In this document: positions 18,232 through 28,014 of the stretch, in pieces
Layout of the letters: each line of letters starts with the position of its first letter
Numbering within the stretch: the first letter of the stretch is position 1
Source of the DNA: an uncultured Azospirillum sp.
GTDB taxonomy: Bacteria > Pseudomonadota > Alphaproteobacteria > RF32 > CAG-239
DNA length: 64,000 nucleotides
Assembly: GCA_900538765.1 (NCBI GenBank)
Contig: UQAB01000002.1
Span: 82,046 to 146,045, forward strand
Direction: 5' to 3'
Translations under genes and position numbers: made by a program
The notes under the pieces: model-generated
What the model was told of the DNA's origin: nothing
What the model saw: only the letters and a program-made list of their open reading frames with translations
Databases searched by the model: none

Positions 18232-18398
18232 ATTGTCCCCATACTCTTTTTAAGGTATTCTAATAAACTTATATACATTATATATAGTAAAAAAATATTA
18301 TTTTAAATAGGAAATTTAATTTTTTAATAGAAAGAATAAAATTATCAATGCTAAAGGCGGTGAAAAAAACACATAACCCCTTAGAATCTATTGATTTT

Positions 18399-18414
18399 AG
18401 TAATTTAAATTACT
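18399..18414. promoter_or_regulatory. Perfect 16-bp palindrome upstream of the XRE gene (candidate operator)
   Basis: AGTAATTTAAATTACT, flanked by TCTATTGA / TCTATTCA direct half-repeats. AT-rich context raises the chance-occurrence rate. Confidence 0.3.
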
Positions 18415-18588
18415 TTCTATTCACGATTTTAAAAATATCAGGTCTGGGGATATGTCAGGATGTTTTATTTTAAAGACTCGGAAATAGGTAGTAATTGGCG
18501 AGAATATTTTTTTGCGTTTTTCCCGTAATAGGATGTGTTTAAATACAAGCAGATTCCTTTTAACAAAAAACATCGGCAGAAAAGATAA

Positions 18589-18617
18589 AGCCCCCGTTTC
18601 CGGGGGCTTGTTTTTTT
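18589..18617. terminator. Strong hairpin terminator after the MFS gene; the better T-tract is on the + strand
   Basis: Stem AGCCCCCG/CGGGGGCT with loop TTTC, then TGTTTTTTT on +. On - it is followed by TTTATCTTTT. Confidence 0.75.
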
Positions 18618-18632
18618 GCTGTTGATTTAAGC

Positions 18633-20021
18633 TTAGAAATCACGGGCAGGAACGCCTTTCTGCCAGTTCTTTTCAATCTGCTCCAAAGAACGGCCTTTGG
18701 TTTCAGGCAGATACTTATAGGTAAAGAACAGGCTGAAAACGCCGATTACCCCGAAAATCCAGAAAGTATAGCCTTCACCGATTTTTTGCAGCAAAACCGG
18801 AAAGGTAAGGGCGACCACAAAGTTGAAGCCGAAGTTTGCCATCGTGCAAAGGCTCATCGCCATACCGCGGATTTTCAGCGGCATAATTTCAGAAACAATA
18901 ATCCAGCCGATCGGCCCGAGCGAAAATGCAAAGCAGGCGATATAAACCACAATGCTGCCGACAGCCACCCATTTCAGGTTATCCCCGAGATAATCCGTCA
19001 ACAGAAACGAACCGCCCAAAGCAAACAGGCTGAGGGTCACACCGGTCAGCCCGGCATAAAGCAATGGCTTGCGTCCGACCTTGTCAGTGAAGAAAATGGC
19101 GACAAACGTCATCAGAAAGTTCACCACGCCGACGCCGATTGTCGCATACAGGGCACCGATAGTATCGGCAAACCCGGCAGCCTTGAAAATCGTTGCCGTG
19201 TAATAAATAATGGTGTTAATGCCTGTACAAATCTGCATAAACATCATTCCTACGCCGACCATAATCGGCATCAGCATCCAGGACTGGAAAATTTTCTTTT
19301 GAGTCTTGCGCCCTTTCTGCGGTGCAAGTGTAGACTTGATTTCCGCGATGTGAGCGTCGGCATCCGCGTCTGGCTCAATTTTTTCAAAAATGTCCTTGGC
19401 TTCATGTTCGCGCTTCTGGCTGATAAGCCAACGCGGCGTATCACCGAGAAAACTGATGCCGATAAGCAGGATAAGAGCCGGAATCAGCCCCGCACCGAGC
19501 ATCCAACGCCAGTTGTATTCCGTCAGGGCAAAAACGCGGTTAATGAGATAAGAGAACAAAATACCGGCGGTAATGGCCAGCTGATACAGTGAAACCAGCA
19601 TGCCGCGGACTTTCTGCGGTGACAATTCCGACAAATAAAGCGGAATAACAAAGTTCACCATACCGATAGCCAGGCCGAGAATCATACGCCCGGCAATCAG
19701 CCATGCCACGCTGGTGGCAAATCCGCAGAGAATAGAGCCGACGGCAAAAACGACCGCCGTGGCGATAATCACTTTTTTACGCCCGTAAATATCCGCCAAA
19801 GCGCCGTTCGCCGCCGCACCGATAACAGCGCCGACCAGAGCGGAGCTGACAACCCAGCCCTGTTCAAACGCGCTTAGCGGCCAGGTATCGTTAATAAAGA
19901 GCAGCGCCCCGGAAATCACCCCTGTGTCAAAGCCCGAAAGCAGACCGCCGAGCGACGCCACCCCGGCAATAATATAAAGCCATATATGCCTGGCTTTGAA
20001 TCTCATTGTTTTTTCATTCAT
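18633..20021 (-). CDS. MFS sugar porter (sugar:H+ symporter family)
   Basis: 462 aa, 12 TM. Sugar-porter signatures GRKKVI, PESPRW-like DTPRWL, PETKGRSLEQIE. Confidence 0.85.
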   Translation of the reverse strand: MNEKTMRFKARHIWLYIIAGVASLGGLLSGFDTGVISGALLFINDTWPLSAFEQGWVVSSALVGAVIGAAANGALADIYGRKKVIIATAVVFAVGSILCGFATSVAWLIAGRMILGLAIGMVNFVIPLYLSELSPQKVRGMLVSLYQLAITAGILFSYLINRVFALTEYNWRWMLGAGLIPALILLIGISFLGDTPRWLISQKREHEAKDIFEKIEPDADADAHIAEIKSTLAPQKGRKTQKKIFQSWMLMPIMVGVGMMFMQICTGINTIIYYTATIFKAAGFADTIGALYATIGVGVVNFLMTFVAIFFTDKVGRKPLLYAGLTGVTLSLFALGGSFLLTDYLGDNLKWVAVGSIVVYIACFAFSLGPIGWIIVSEIMPLKIRGMAMSLCTMANFGFNFVVALTFPVLLQKIGEGYTFWIFGVIGVFSLFFTYKYLPETKGRSLEQIEKNWQKGVPARDF

Positions 20022-20175
20022 GTTTTAGCTCCTGAAAATAATAGTTACAGCTGTGTTAAATATAATATCATATTTTTATTAAACAAGAAATACTGATATA
20101 TAAATTAAGACTTTTTAAAAGCCTTGCGGATAGAATAACGGCAAATTGCAAAAATTATAAAAGGAACGTTTACGG

Positions 20176-21495
20176 ATGTTGAAAAAGGGGATGACGGCGG
20201 TGTTCGGCGCAGCCATGCTGTTTGGGTCAACGGCTTGCGCCTCTGTCGCGCGAATGGATAAAATTCCCGAACCGCCGCAGGAATATCTCGACTGGCTTGA
20301 TGACCTGAAAGAGGAAATGGTTGCCCGCGGCATCTCTGCTGAAACCGTCAACCAGGCCTTTGCTAAGAATTATTACCACCCGGAACACGACGTTGTCAAA
20401 AAAGACCGCAAACAGGCAGAATTTGTCATGACCACAACAGATTATGTCAACCGTTTGGTTAACGCCAAAAAAGCCGACCGCGGCCGCCGGAAATATAAAG
20501 AGCTTTACCCTCAATACAAATCTCTGGAAAATCAATACGGCGTGCCCTTTAATTATATTGTGTCTTTTTGGGGCATGGAAACCGATTACGGCCGAACCTT
20601 CGGCAATTATCACGTCATTGAGGCGCTGACAGTCCTCAGTTATGACCAACGGCGGTCAAAGTTTTTCCGCGGCGAACTGTATCAGGCGCTGAAAATCATT
20701 GATGCCGGCAATGTCACCGTTGACGGTATGGAAGGTTCTTGGGCCGGAGCTATGGGGCATTTTCAGTTTATGCCCTCGACTTTTAACGCCTATGCCGTGG
20801 ATTATGACCGTGACGGCAAAATTGACATCTGGCAGAATTATGGTGACGCGGCGGCTTCAGCGGCAAATTATCTGTCAAAAATGGGCTGGAAACAAAATGA
20901 AACCTGGGGAATGGCCGTTTCTCTGCCTTGGAACTTCGACTATGCGCAGAGCGGCCGCCAAACCCGCAAAACCATTGCCGAATGGCGCAAACTCGGCGTT
21001 AAAACGGAAAGCGGCCGCCGCCTGCCTCTTGACAGCAAGCTCAGCACCTCAGTCATTGTTCCGGAAGGACGACGGGGCAGGGCATATCTGGTGACAGATA
21101 ACTTCCGCAAAATCATGAATTGGAACCGCTCTGAAAACTATGCTCTGGGTGTTGCGCTGCTGGCAGACTATGTCAAAAGCGGCAAAAAATGGCAGCCGCT
21201 GCGCAAAAATCCGGTAACACTTGTCAAAACCGAAGATGTTATCCTCCTACAGGAATTTATTAACAATCAGGGCTGGGGAAAACTGGATGCCGACGGGCAG
21301 CTTGGCGCCAAAACCCGGGAAGCGGTCAAACTGCTGCAAAAGAAAGCGCGCCTGACGCAGGACGGTTATCCGGACAACCTGCTGCTGCAAAAAATCAAAA
21401 ACTATAATCCCGAAATCGGATTCGCCGTTCCCGTGCAGCCGCAAAAGCCCGCACAGAAAAATGCAAGCTCTGAAAAAAGCAATTCACAGGGCTGA
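20176..21495 (+). CDS. Lytic murein transglycosylase (MltB-like) with C-terminal peptidoglycan-binding domain
   Basis: Lipobox FGSTAC. Catalytic region FWGMETDYG and GHFQFMPSTF. PG_binding_1-like tail (LQEFINNQGW..DGQLGAKTREAVK). Confidence 0.85.
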   Translation: MLKKGMTAVFGAAMLFGSTACASVARMDKIPEPPQEYLDWLDDLKEEMVARGISAETVNQAFAKNYYHPEHDVVKKDRKQAEFVMTTTDYVNRLVNAKKADRGRRKYKELYPQYKSLENQYGVPFNYIVSFWGMETDYGRTFGNYHVIEALTVLSYDQRRSKFFRGELYQALKIIDAGNVTVDGMEGSWAGAMGHFQFMPSTFNAYAVDYDRDGKIDIWQNYGDAAASAANYLSKMGWKQNETWGMAVSLPWNFDYAQSGRQTRKTIAEWRKLGVKTESGRRLPLDSKLSTSVIVPEGRRGRAYLVTDNFRKIMNWNRSENYALGVALLADYVKSGKKWQPLRKNPVTLVKTEDVILLQEFINNQGWGKLDADGQLGAKTREAVKLLQKKARLTQDGYPDNLLLQKIKNYNPEIGFAVPVQPQKPAQKNASSEKSNSQG

Positions 21496-21584
21496 AAACA
21501 AGCCTTTACGAACAGCTAAAAAAAGGTTAGATTAAGCAACGTGTAAATTTTGTTTATAAACATTAATGTCTTAAGGTAGTTTTG

Positions 21585-22559
21585 ATGAAGCTGGTAAAAT
21601 CAAAAATCATGCTCAGCCTGGTGTTGTTAACGCTTGCCGGCTGTGCTTCCAATGAAGTTGACCTTGACGCATCGCCTTATTCACAGGCGGAAGCAATAAA
21701 AGGCATGGGCGGAACCTATAAGGTCGGCAACCCTTATGAAATTATGGGGCAGACTTACTATCCGCGCGAAGACTATAAATATTCCGAAGTCGGTATTGCC
21801 TCTTGGTACGGTGAAGATTTTCACGCCAAAAAAACCGCTAACGGCGAAGACTATGACATGAACACCCTGACGGCGGCGCACCGTACTTTGCCGCTGCCCT
21901 CAATCGTCAAAGTAACCAACCTCGAAAACGGCCGTTCGCTGATTCTCCGCGTCAATGACCGCGGCCCTTATGCAAAAAACCGCATTATTGACATATCCAA
22001 GCGCGGCGCCCAGCTGTTAGGCTTCCAGTCCAAAGGAACAGCTAAAGTCCGCGTCGAAATCATGCCTAAAGAAAGCATTGCTTTGAAACAGGCTCTTCTT
22101 GACCAGGATTTTGAGCCGAACTATGCGCTCTATAACGCCCGTTCCGAGGCCTTGTCCGTTCCGCCCGGAGCCGGTCCTGCGCCAACATCGACGGTTGCTG
22201 TACAAACGGCGCAGCTTGACGGCGACCGCAACTATCTGGTCGGTGCGGGACAAAATCCGAGCAGCAGCGAAAATGCCGTGCCCCTGGCGCCCAAACCGAC
22301 AATAGACACAAAGCCGGTTATCGGCGGCGGCAAAAAGTTTTTCGTTCAGGCCGGCGCTTTTTCAAAGCAGTCTTCAGCACAAAACCTGTCAGGAAAGCTT
22401 CGCCGTATCGGTTCTGTCAACATGACAGTCGCCAATATCAACGGGACGGATTTTTACCGTGTCCGCTTAGGGCCGTATAACACTGAAGATGAAGCCTATA
22501 CGACGTTGGACAAGCTGAAAAATTACGGCATTGCCGATGCCCGCGTCGTAAAAGATTAA
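21585..22559 (+). CDS. rlpA: Septal ring lytic transglycosylase RlpA with SPOR domain
   Basis: Lipobox LTLAGC. DPBB core (ASWYGEDFHAKKTANGE, LPLPSIVKVTNLENGRS..RVNDRGP). C-terminal SPOR (FFVQAGAFS...YRVRLGPY). Confidence 0.9.
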   Translation: MKLVKSKIMLSLVLLTLAGCASNEVDLDASPYSQAEAIKGMGGTYKVGNPYEIMGQTYYPREDYKYSEVGIASWYGEDFHAKKTANGEDYDMNTLTAAHRTLPLPSIVKVTNLENGRSLILRVNDRGPYAKNRIIDISKRGAQLLGFQSKGTAKVRVEIMPKESIALKQALLDQDFEPNYALYNARSEALSVPPGAGPAPTSTVAVQTAQLDGDRNYLVGAGQNPSSSENAVPLAPKPTIDTKPVIGGGKKFFVQAGAFSKQSSAQNLSGKLRRIGSVNMTVANINGTDFYRVRLGPYNTEDEAYTTLDKLKNYGIADARVVKD

Positions 22560-22594
22560 AATTCCGCCATTGACAAGTTAAAGGATTAACGCGC

Positions 22595-23746
22595 ATGAAC
22601 TACAAAAAATTTTTAGGTTTCAGTCTGATATCGGCAGCAATCCTCTGCGCTGCCCTCAATGCTGAAGCTATTGAAACAAAGGCCAAAAACGCCATTTTGA
22701 TTGATGCCGCCACAGGGGAATATCTTTATACCAAAGACCACAAACGCATGGTCCCGCCGGCATCCATGAGTAAGCTGATGACCGTTTATATGATTTTTGA
22801 CAAACTGCAGGACGGTTCTTTGTCGCTGGACGATACCTTTACCGTCAGTGAAAACGCCTGGCGTAAAGGCGGTGCTGCAACCGGCGGCTCAACAATGTTT
22901 CTGAAAATCGGCCAAAAAGTACGGGTTGAGGATTTGCTGAAAGGCATTCTTATACAGTCGGGCAATGATGCCTGTATTGTCGCCGCTGAAAACATTTCCG
23001 GCTCAGAAGAAGACTTTGCCTCCCAGATGAATATCAAAGCCAGACAACTCGGCCTGAACAACAGTTCTTTTGCAAATGCCACGGGATTGCCGGACCCTGA
23101 TCACAGAATGTCGGTAGAAGATCTGGCCAAACTCTCAAAAATCATCATTGAGCGTTTTCCCGAGTTTTATCACTTGTTTTCAGAAAAAAACTTCACCTAT
23201 AACGGTATCAAACAGGGTAATCGCAATCCTTTGTTGTACAGTATGTCCAACGCCGACGGTCTGAAAACCGGACATACCGAAGAAGCCGGCTTCAGCCTGA
23301 CCGCCTCGGCCAAAAAAGGCGACCGCCGCCTGATTGAAGTCATGACCGGCATGAAGAGCAACAAAGAACGTTCGGAAGAAGCCGAAAAGCTGATGTCCTG
23401 GGGCTTCCGCGAATTTAATAACTATAAAATATTCGAAGCCGGACAAACCATTGCCGAAGTTCCGGTCTGGTTCGGTACGCAGCCGACAGTCACACTGAAA
23501 ATCGGCAAAGACGTCGTCAAAACACTGCCGCGCAACAAAGCGGACGAAACAAAGCTTGTTGCCGTTTATAAAAAACCGCTCCCGGCGCCGATAACCAAAG
23601 GCGAGCAGCTTGGCGTCGTAAAAATCGAAGTCCCGGGAATGGAAACGGCGGAAGTTCCGCTTTATGCCGCTGAAAATATTGCCAAACAGGGCTTTTTCAG
23701 CCGGATAATCACCAATCTCAAATACCTGCTGTTCGGGGCTGAATAA
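22595..23746 (+). CDS. D-alanyl-D-alanine carboxypeptidase (PBP5/6 class)
   Basis: Signal peptide. SxxK (SMSKLMT), SxN (SGND), KTG (KTGHT). Confidence 0.9.
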   Translation: MNYKKFLGFSLISAAILCAALNAEAIETKAKNAILIDAATGEYLYTKDHKRMVPPASMSKLMTVYMIFDKLQDGSLSLDDTFTVSENAWRKGGAATGGSTMFLKIGQKVRVEDLLKGILIQSGNDACIVAAENISGSEEDFASQMNIKARQLGLNNSSFANATGLPDPDHRMSVEDLAKLSKIIIERFPEFYHLFSEKNFTYNGIKQGNRNPLLYSMSNADGLKTGHTEEAGFSLTASAKKGDRRLIEVMTGMKSNKERSEEAEKLMSWGFREFNNYKIFEAGQTIAEVPVWFGTQPTVTLKIGKDVVKTLPRNKADETKLVAVYKKPLPAPITKGEQLGVVKIEVPGMETAEVPLYAAENIAKQGFFSRIITNLKYLLFGAE

Positions 23747-24399
23747 TGTCGGAATTTGCAGGGAAATTCATTACCTTTGAAGGCGGGGAGGGAACCGGAA
23801 AATCAACGCAGCTGCGCCTGTTGTCCGACTGGCTCACCCGCCGCGGCATTGGCAACATCCAAAGCAAAGAACCGGGAGGGACCGAAATCGGCCAAGAATT
23901 GCGTCGTCTTCTGGTGACCGGCGACAAAGACAAAATGGACGCTGTGGCAGAAGCTTTGCTCTATTATGCCGACCGCCGCATTCACCTGACAAAAAAAATC
24001 TGGCCGGCACTGCAACAGGGACAATGGGTTTTAAGCGACCGCTTTGCCGATTCAACCGTTGCCTATCAATATTACGGATATGACAAACGCATAGATAAAG
24101 ACTTGCTTGACGACCTGTATAAAATCGCAGTCGGCAGTTTTAAGCCTGATTTGACAATTCTCCTTGATTTGGCTCCGGAAACCGGGCTGGAGCGTTCTTT
24201 TCGTAAAGCCGCCGGCATGGCAACCAAAGAAACCCGCCACGAAAGCCGCGGGCTTGAGTTTCATGCCAACCTGCGCCGGGGCTTTCTCGAAATGGCGAAA
24301 GTCGAACCCGAACGTTTTGCCGTCATTGACGCCAATCGTTCCATTGAAGACCTGCACCAAGAAATCGTTCGCGTCACGGCTGAAAGGCTTGGGTTATAA
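23746..24399 (+). CDS. tmk: dTMP (thymidylate) kinase
   Basis: P-loop FEGGEGTGKST and DRF/DS lid region. Start overlaps the previous stop. Confidence 0.9.
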   Translation: MSEFAGKFITFEGGEGTGKSTQLRLLSDWLTRRGIGNIQSKEPGGTEIGQELRRLLVTGDKDKMDAVAEALLYYADRRIHLTKKIWPALQQGQWVLSDRFADSTVAYQYYGYDKRIDKDLLDDLYKIAVGSFKPDLTILLDLAPETGLERSFRKAAGMATKETRHESRGLEFHANLRRGFLEMAKVEPERFAVIDANRSIEDLHQEIVRVTAERLGL

Positions 24400-25461
24400 A
24401 TGGGTGGCAGTGAAGAAAACCGACAGGAATACACTCCGAGAAACAATCCGGTTCTCATGGGACATGAAGCGGCCGAAAAAATCCTGCTTGATGCCTGGAA
24501 AAACAATTCCCTGCACAATTCCTGGCTTATCAGCGGTATCGAAGGCATCGGCAAAGCCACGCTGGCTTACCGCTTCGCCCGTTTTCTACTCCAAAATAAC
24601 GACAGCAGAAAAGATGCAAACAGCCTTGACGTACCGGAAACCAGCCAGACATTCCGCCTGGTAGCGAATGATTCTCACCCCGATTTGAAAATTTTGGAAC
24701 GTGATTTTACCGAAACCGACCGCAAAAAAGTTCTGAAAGCCATCAAAAGCGGCGAAACCATGTCTGACGACGAAGTCAAAAATCTAAAGAAATCAACGTT
24801 TATCAGGGTTGACGACGTCCGTACAATCAACGAATTTTTAAGCAAGCGTTCATCTAATGATGGCTGGCGCGTCGTCATCATTGACAGCATCGATGACATG
24901 AATGCGGCCAGTGCCAATGCCGTGTTGAAAATTCTCGAAGAACCGCCGCACAAAACCGTTATGCTGCTCATCAGCCACAACCCCGGACGCCTGTTGCCAA
25001 CGATAAAATCCCGCTGCGCCAAACTAAACCTGCTGCCGCTGGATGAAACACAGCTGGCCGGCTTAATTCGCCGCTATCGCCCGGGACTGTCGGAAAAAGC
25101 CATAAAAGACCTGACGCGCATTTGCTCCGGCAGTATCGGCAAAGCCATCAGCTACGCGGACAACAACGCGCTTGAAACTTATGAAAAGCTGTCAGTTCTG
25201 GCTGCCGCAGGAAAAAGTTTCAAACTGGCCGAGCTTCTCGCATTTTGTGACCAGGCTGCGGCTTCTGAAGAAAATTACTGCCTGACACAGGAGCTAGTGC
25301 TCAAATTTATCGCCGAAAAAATAAAATCCGGCGGTAATGTCGAAGCCCTGGCCGAAAACTGGGAAAAAGCCATGAAAATGTTTGATGAGGCCGAACGCCT
25401 GAATATGGATAAGAAACAGGTTATGCAGAATATAATATATAATCTGTGTAAAATCAATTAG
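24400..25461 (+). CDS. holB: DNA polymerase III subunit delta'
   Basis: AAA+ clamp-loader-like (GIEGIGKATLA, ILEEPP, KSRC). Canonical position after tmk. Confidence 0.85.
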   Translation: MGGSEENRQEYTPRNNPVLMGHEAAEKILLDAWKNNSLHNSWLISGIEGIGKATLAYRFARFLLQNNDSRKDANSLDVPETSQTFRLVANDSHPDLKILERDFTETDRKKVLKAIKSGETMSDDEVKNLKKSTFIRVDDVRTINEFLSKRSSNDGWRVVIIDSIDDMNAASANAVLKILEEPPHKTVMLLISHNPGRLLPTIKSRCAKLNLLPLDETQLAGLIRRYRPGLSEKAIKDLTRICSGSIGKAISYADNNALETYEKLSVLAAAGKSFKLAELLAFCDQAAASEENYCLTQELVLKFIAEKIKSGGNVEALAENWEKAMKMFDEAERLNMDKKQVMQNIIYNLCKIN

Positions 25462-25476
25462 TTATAAGAGGAAGAT

Positions 25477-26274
25477 ATGTTAGTCGACAGCCACTGTCAC
25501 CTGGATTTTAATGATTTTGACGAAGATTTTGAGGAAATGCTGGAACGCGCCCGCGACAATGGGGTGACCGCCATGCTCAACGCCGGCAACAATATCGGCG
25601 AATTGCAGCACCAGCTTGAAATTTCTGAAAAATATCCGTTTATCTATACGGCTGCCGGCGTCCATCCACACAACGCCCATGAATATCCGGACGCAACAGC
25701 TGCGGACTTTGTCACGGCGGCACGGCATAAAAAGATTGTCGCTATCGGCGAATGCGGTCTTGATTATTACTACGATTACAGCCCGCGCGACCAGCAAATC
25801 CGTATTTTCCGGGAACAAATAAAAGCAGCACAGGAAACAGGTCTGCCGCTGATTATTCATAACCGTGATTCTGACGAAGATATGATAAATATTTTGCAGG
25901 AAGAATATAAAAAGACCCCCTTTGGCGGTGTCATTCACTGTTTTTCCTCTTCGCGCAATATGGCAGAATTTGCTCTGTCAATCGGCTTTTATATTTCCGC
26001 TTCGGGCATCATTACCTTTAACAAATCAAATGATATCCGCGAGATTTTTTCGGACATTCCGCTGGACAGGCTGTTGGTGGAAACTGACGCGCCGTATTTG
26101 GCGCCGGTTCCGGTGCGCGGACGCCGCAACGAATCCGCTTTTGTTCATTACACGGCGGAAAAACTGGCGCAGATAAAGAATATTTCGTTTGAAGAACTGG
26201 CGCAGATAACCTCCGACAATTTTTACAAACTGTTTCGCAAGGCCAGTGACAAGGGGAGATATGACTACGAATGA
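25477..26274 (+). CDS. tatD: TatD-family metal-dependent DNase/hydrolase
   Basis: DSHCHL start motif, GECGLDYYY, ETDAPYL. Confidence 0.9.
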   Translation: MLVDSHCHLDFNDFDEDFEEMLERARDNGVTAMLNAGNNIGELQHQLEISEKYPFIYTAAGVHPHNAHEYPDATAADFVTAARHKKIVAIGECGLDYYYDYSPRDQQIRIFREQIKAAQETGLPLIIHNRDSDEDMINILQEEYKKTPFGGVIHCFSSSRNMAEFALSIGFYISASGIITFNKSNDIREIFSDIPLDRLLVETDAPYLAPVPVRGRRNESAFVHYTAEKLAQIKNISFEELAQITSDNFYKLFRKASDKGRYDYE

Positions 26275-27062
26275 GCGCTAAAGTTATCATCTTGGGGGCA
26301 GGGGCGGCGCCCGGAGTCCCATCTTTGTCGCTGGGCTGGGGAAACTGTGACCCGGATAATTCCAAAAACCTCAGAACCCGCACCTCGACTTACGTTGAAA
26401 TAGACGGCTGCCGTTTTCTGATTGATACGGATCCTAATTTGCGCGAACAACTGATAGCCGGGCAAATCCGCGCCCTTGATGCTGTGCTTTACACCCATGC
26501 CCATGCCGACCATGTACATGGTATTGACGACCTGCGCGAAATCAACCGCATTTCCCGACAAAGCCTGAATATCTATGCCGGCAGACAAACCCTGAAATAC
26601 ATCCGCCACAATTTCGGCTACCTTATTGCCAAACCCAATCAGGTTAAAAACGTCGTGCGAATGCCGAGCCTTATTCCCAACCAGGTCAAAGGCAACCAGC
26701 CGTTTTATGTCGGCCGGGTAAAAATAACGCCGATAAAGCTGCTGCAACACTGCCCCGAATGTCTGGGCTATGTGTTTAATGACGGCGAATACGTCCATAT
26801 TGCCGATTTCAAACGCATTGCCGAAAGTGCGTTCAAAATGGTAACCCGCCGCCCAAAACTGCTGGTCATGCCGCTGACAACGCCTTACGGGCAGATACAA
26901 CATGCCAGCCTTGACGAAGTCTTAGGCTATATTAAAAGGTTTAACCCCGAACAGGCCGTGCTTAACCACCTGGCCTCCGAAAGCGACTATGCCGAAATTT
27001 CCGCCGCCGTTCCGGAGAATGTCAGCGTTGCCTACGACGGAATGACAATTAATTTGAACTAA
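26271..27062 (+). CDS. MBL-fold metallo-hydrolase (PhnP-like)
   Basis: HxHxDH motif THAHADHVHG. 4-nt overlap with tatD. Confidence 0.8.
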   Translation: MSAKVIILGAGAAPGVPSLSLGWGNCDPDNSKNLRTRTSTYVEIDGCRFLIDTDPNLREQLIAGQIRALDAVLYTHAHADHVHGIDDLREINRISRQSLNIYAGRQTLKYIRHNFGYLIAKPNQVKNVVRMPSLIPNQVKGNQPFYVGRVKITPIKLLQHCPECLGYVFNDGEYVHIADFKRIAESAFKMVTRRPKLLVMPLTTPYGQIQHASLDEVLGYIKRFNPEQAVLNHLASESDYAEISAAVPENVSVAYDGMTINLN

Positions 27063-27085
27063 AAAGAAGAAAAGGAAGAGAAGAT

Positions 27086-27961
27086 ATGTTATGCATCTAC
27101 CACATTGCCGATCATGACGGCAAAGGCTCCGCGGCCATTGTCCGCAGCGTCTACCCGGAAATAGAACTGTTGGGACTGAACCATGATATGGAAATTCCTT
27201 ATGAGCAGATAGAACAGCATGACAAAATCGTCGTTTGTGACATTTCCCTTCCTGTCGACTATATGTTCAAGCTGAGCGAGAACAAGGACTTTACCTGGAT
27301 TGATCACCACATTTCAGTCATTACTGAATATGAAGAAAAGCTCAAAAGCGCCGGACATAACCCGATAAAAGGCCTGCGCCGCTCGGGAACGGCCGCCATT
27401 GAACTGACCTGGGAATACTTTTATCCGGACAAACCTGTTCCCGAAGGCGTGCACCTGCTGGCTATGCAGGATATCTACAACCTGTCCGACCCGCGGGTTC
27501 TGCCGTTTGAATATGCCTGCCAGTCCATGGGCGTCAATCGTCCGGATGAAGAAATCTGGAGAAAAATCATCAACAGCGAAATTGATGTGCCTGAAATGGT
27601 TTCCAAAGGACAGGCGATTCTCTCCTGGATTAAGGTGCGCGATTACCGCCTGGTTCGCGGTATGTCTTTCACCAGCCACTATAAAGGCATGAAATGCATT
27701 TGCGCCAACATGCCGCAGGGCAAATCGGCATTTTTCGATTCTATTCCGCATATCAACAGCTTTGACTTTATGGTAAATTTCTTTATGAACAAGAAAAACT
27801 GCTGGAATCTGTCTTTTTATACCAGCAAGGATAATGTCGACGTTTCCAAAATCGCCGCGGAATTTGGCGGCGGCGGCCACCAAAAGGCTGCTGGGGCATC
27901 CTCGCTGAAAGAATTGCCCGAGTTTTTGAAAAACGGACAATACAGCTCTCAAAATAAATAA
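27086..27961 (+). CDS. DHH/DHHA1-family phosphoesterase (short form)
   Basis: Motifs HIADHDG, VVCDIS, IDHH and DHHA1 GGGGHQKAAGA. 291 aa. Confidence 0.7.
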   Translation: MLCIYHIADHDGKGSAAIVRSVYPEIELLGLNHDMEIPYEQIEQHDKIVVCDISLPVDYMFKLSENKDFTWIDHHISVITEYEEKLKSAGHNPIKGLRRSGTAAIELTWEYFYPDKPVPEGVHLLAMQDIYNLSDPRVLPFEYACQSMGVNRPDEEIWRKIINSEIDVPEMVSKGQAILSWIKVRDYRLVRGMSFTSHYKGMKCICANMPQGKSAFFDSIPHINSFDFMVNFFMNKKNCWNLSFYTSKDNVDVSKIAAEFGGGGHQKAAGASSLKELPEFLKNGQYSSQNK

Positions 27962-27970
27962 ACAAAAAAA

Positions 27971-28000
27971 AATCCTCTGAAGCCCATGCTCCAGAGGATT
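27971..28000. terminator. Bidirectional terminator between convergent genes
   Basis: 9-bp stem AATCCTCTG/CAGAGGATT, A-run before and T-rich sequence after. Confidence 0.7.
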
Positions 28001-28014
28001 TTCCATTGTAAAAA

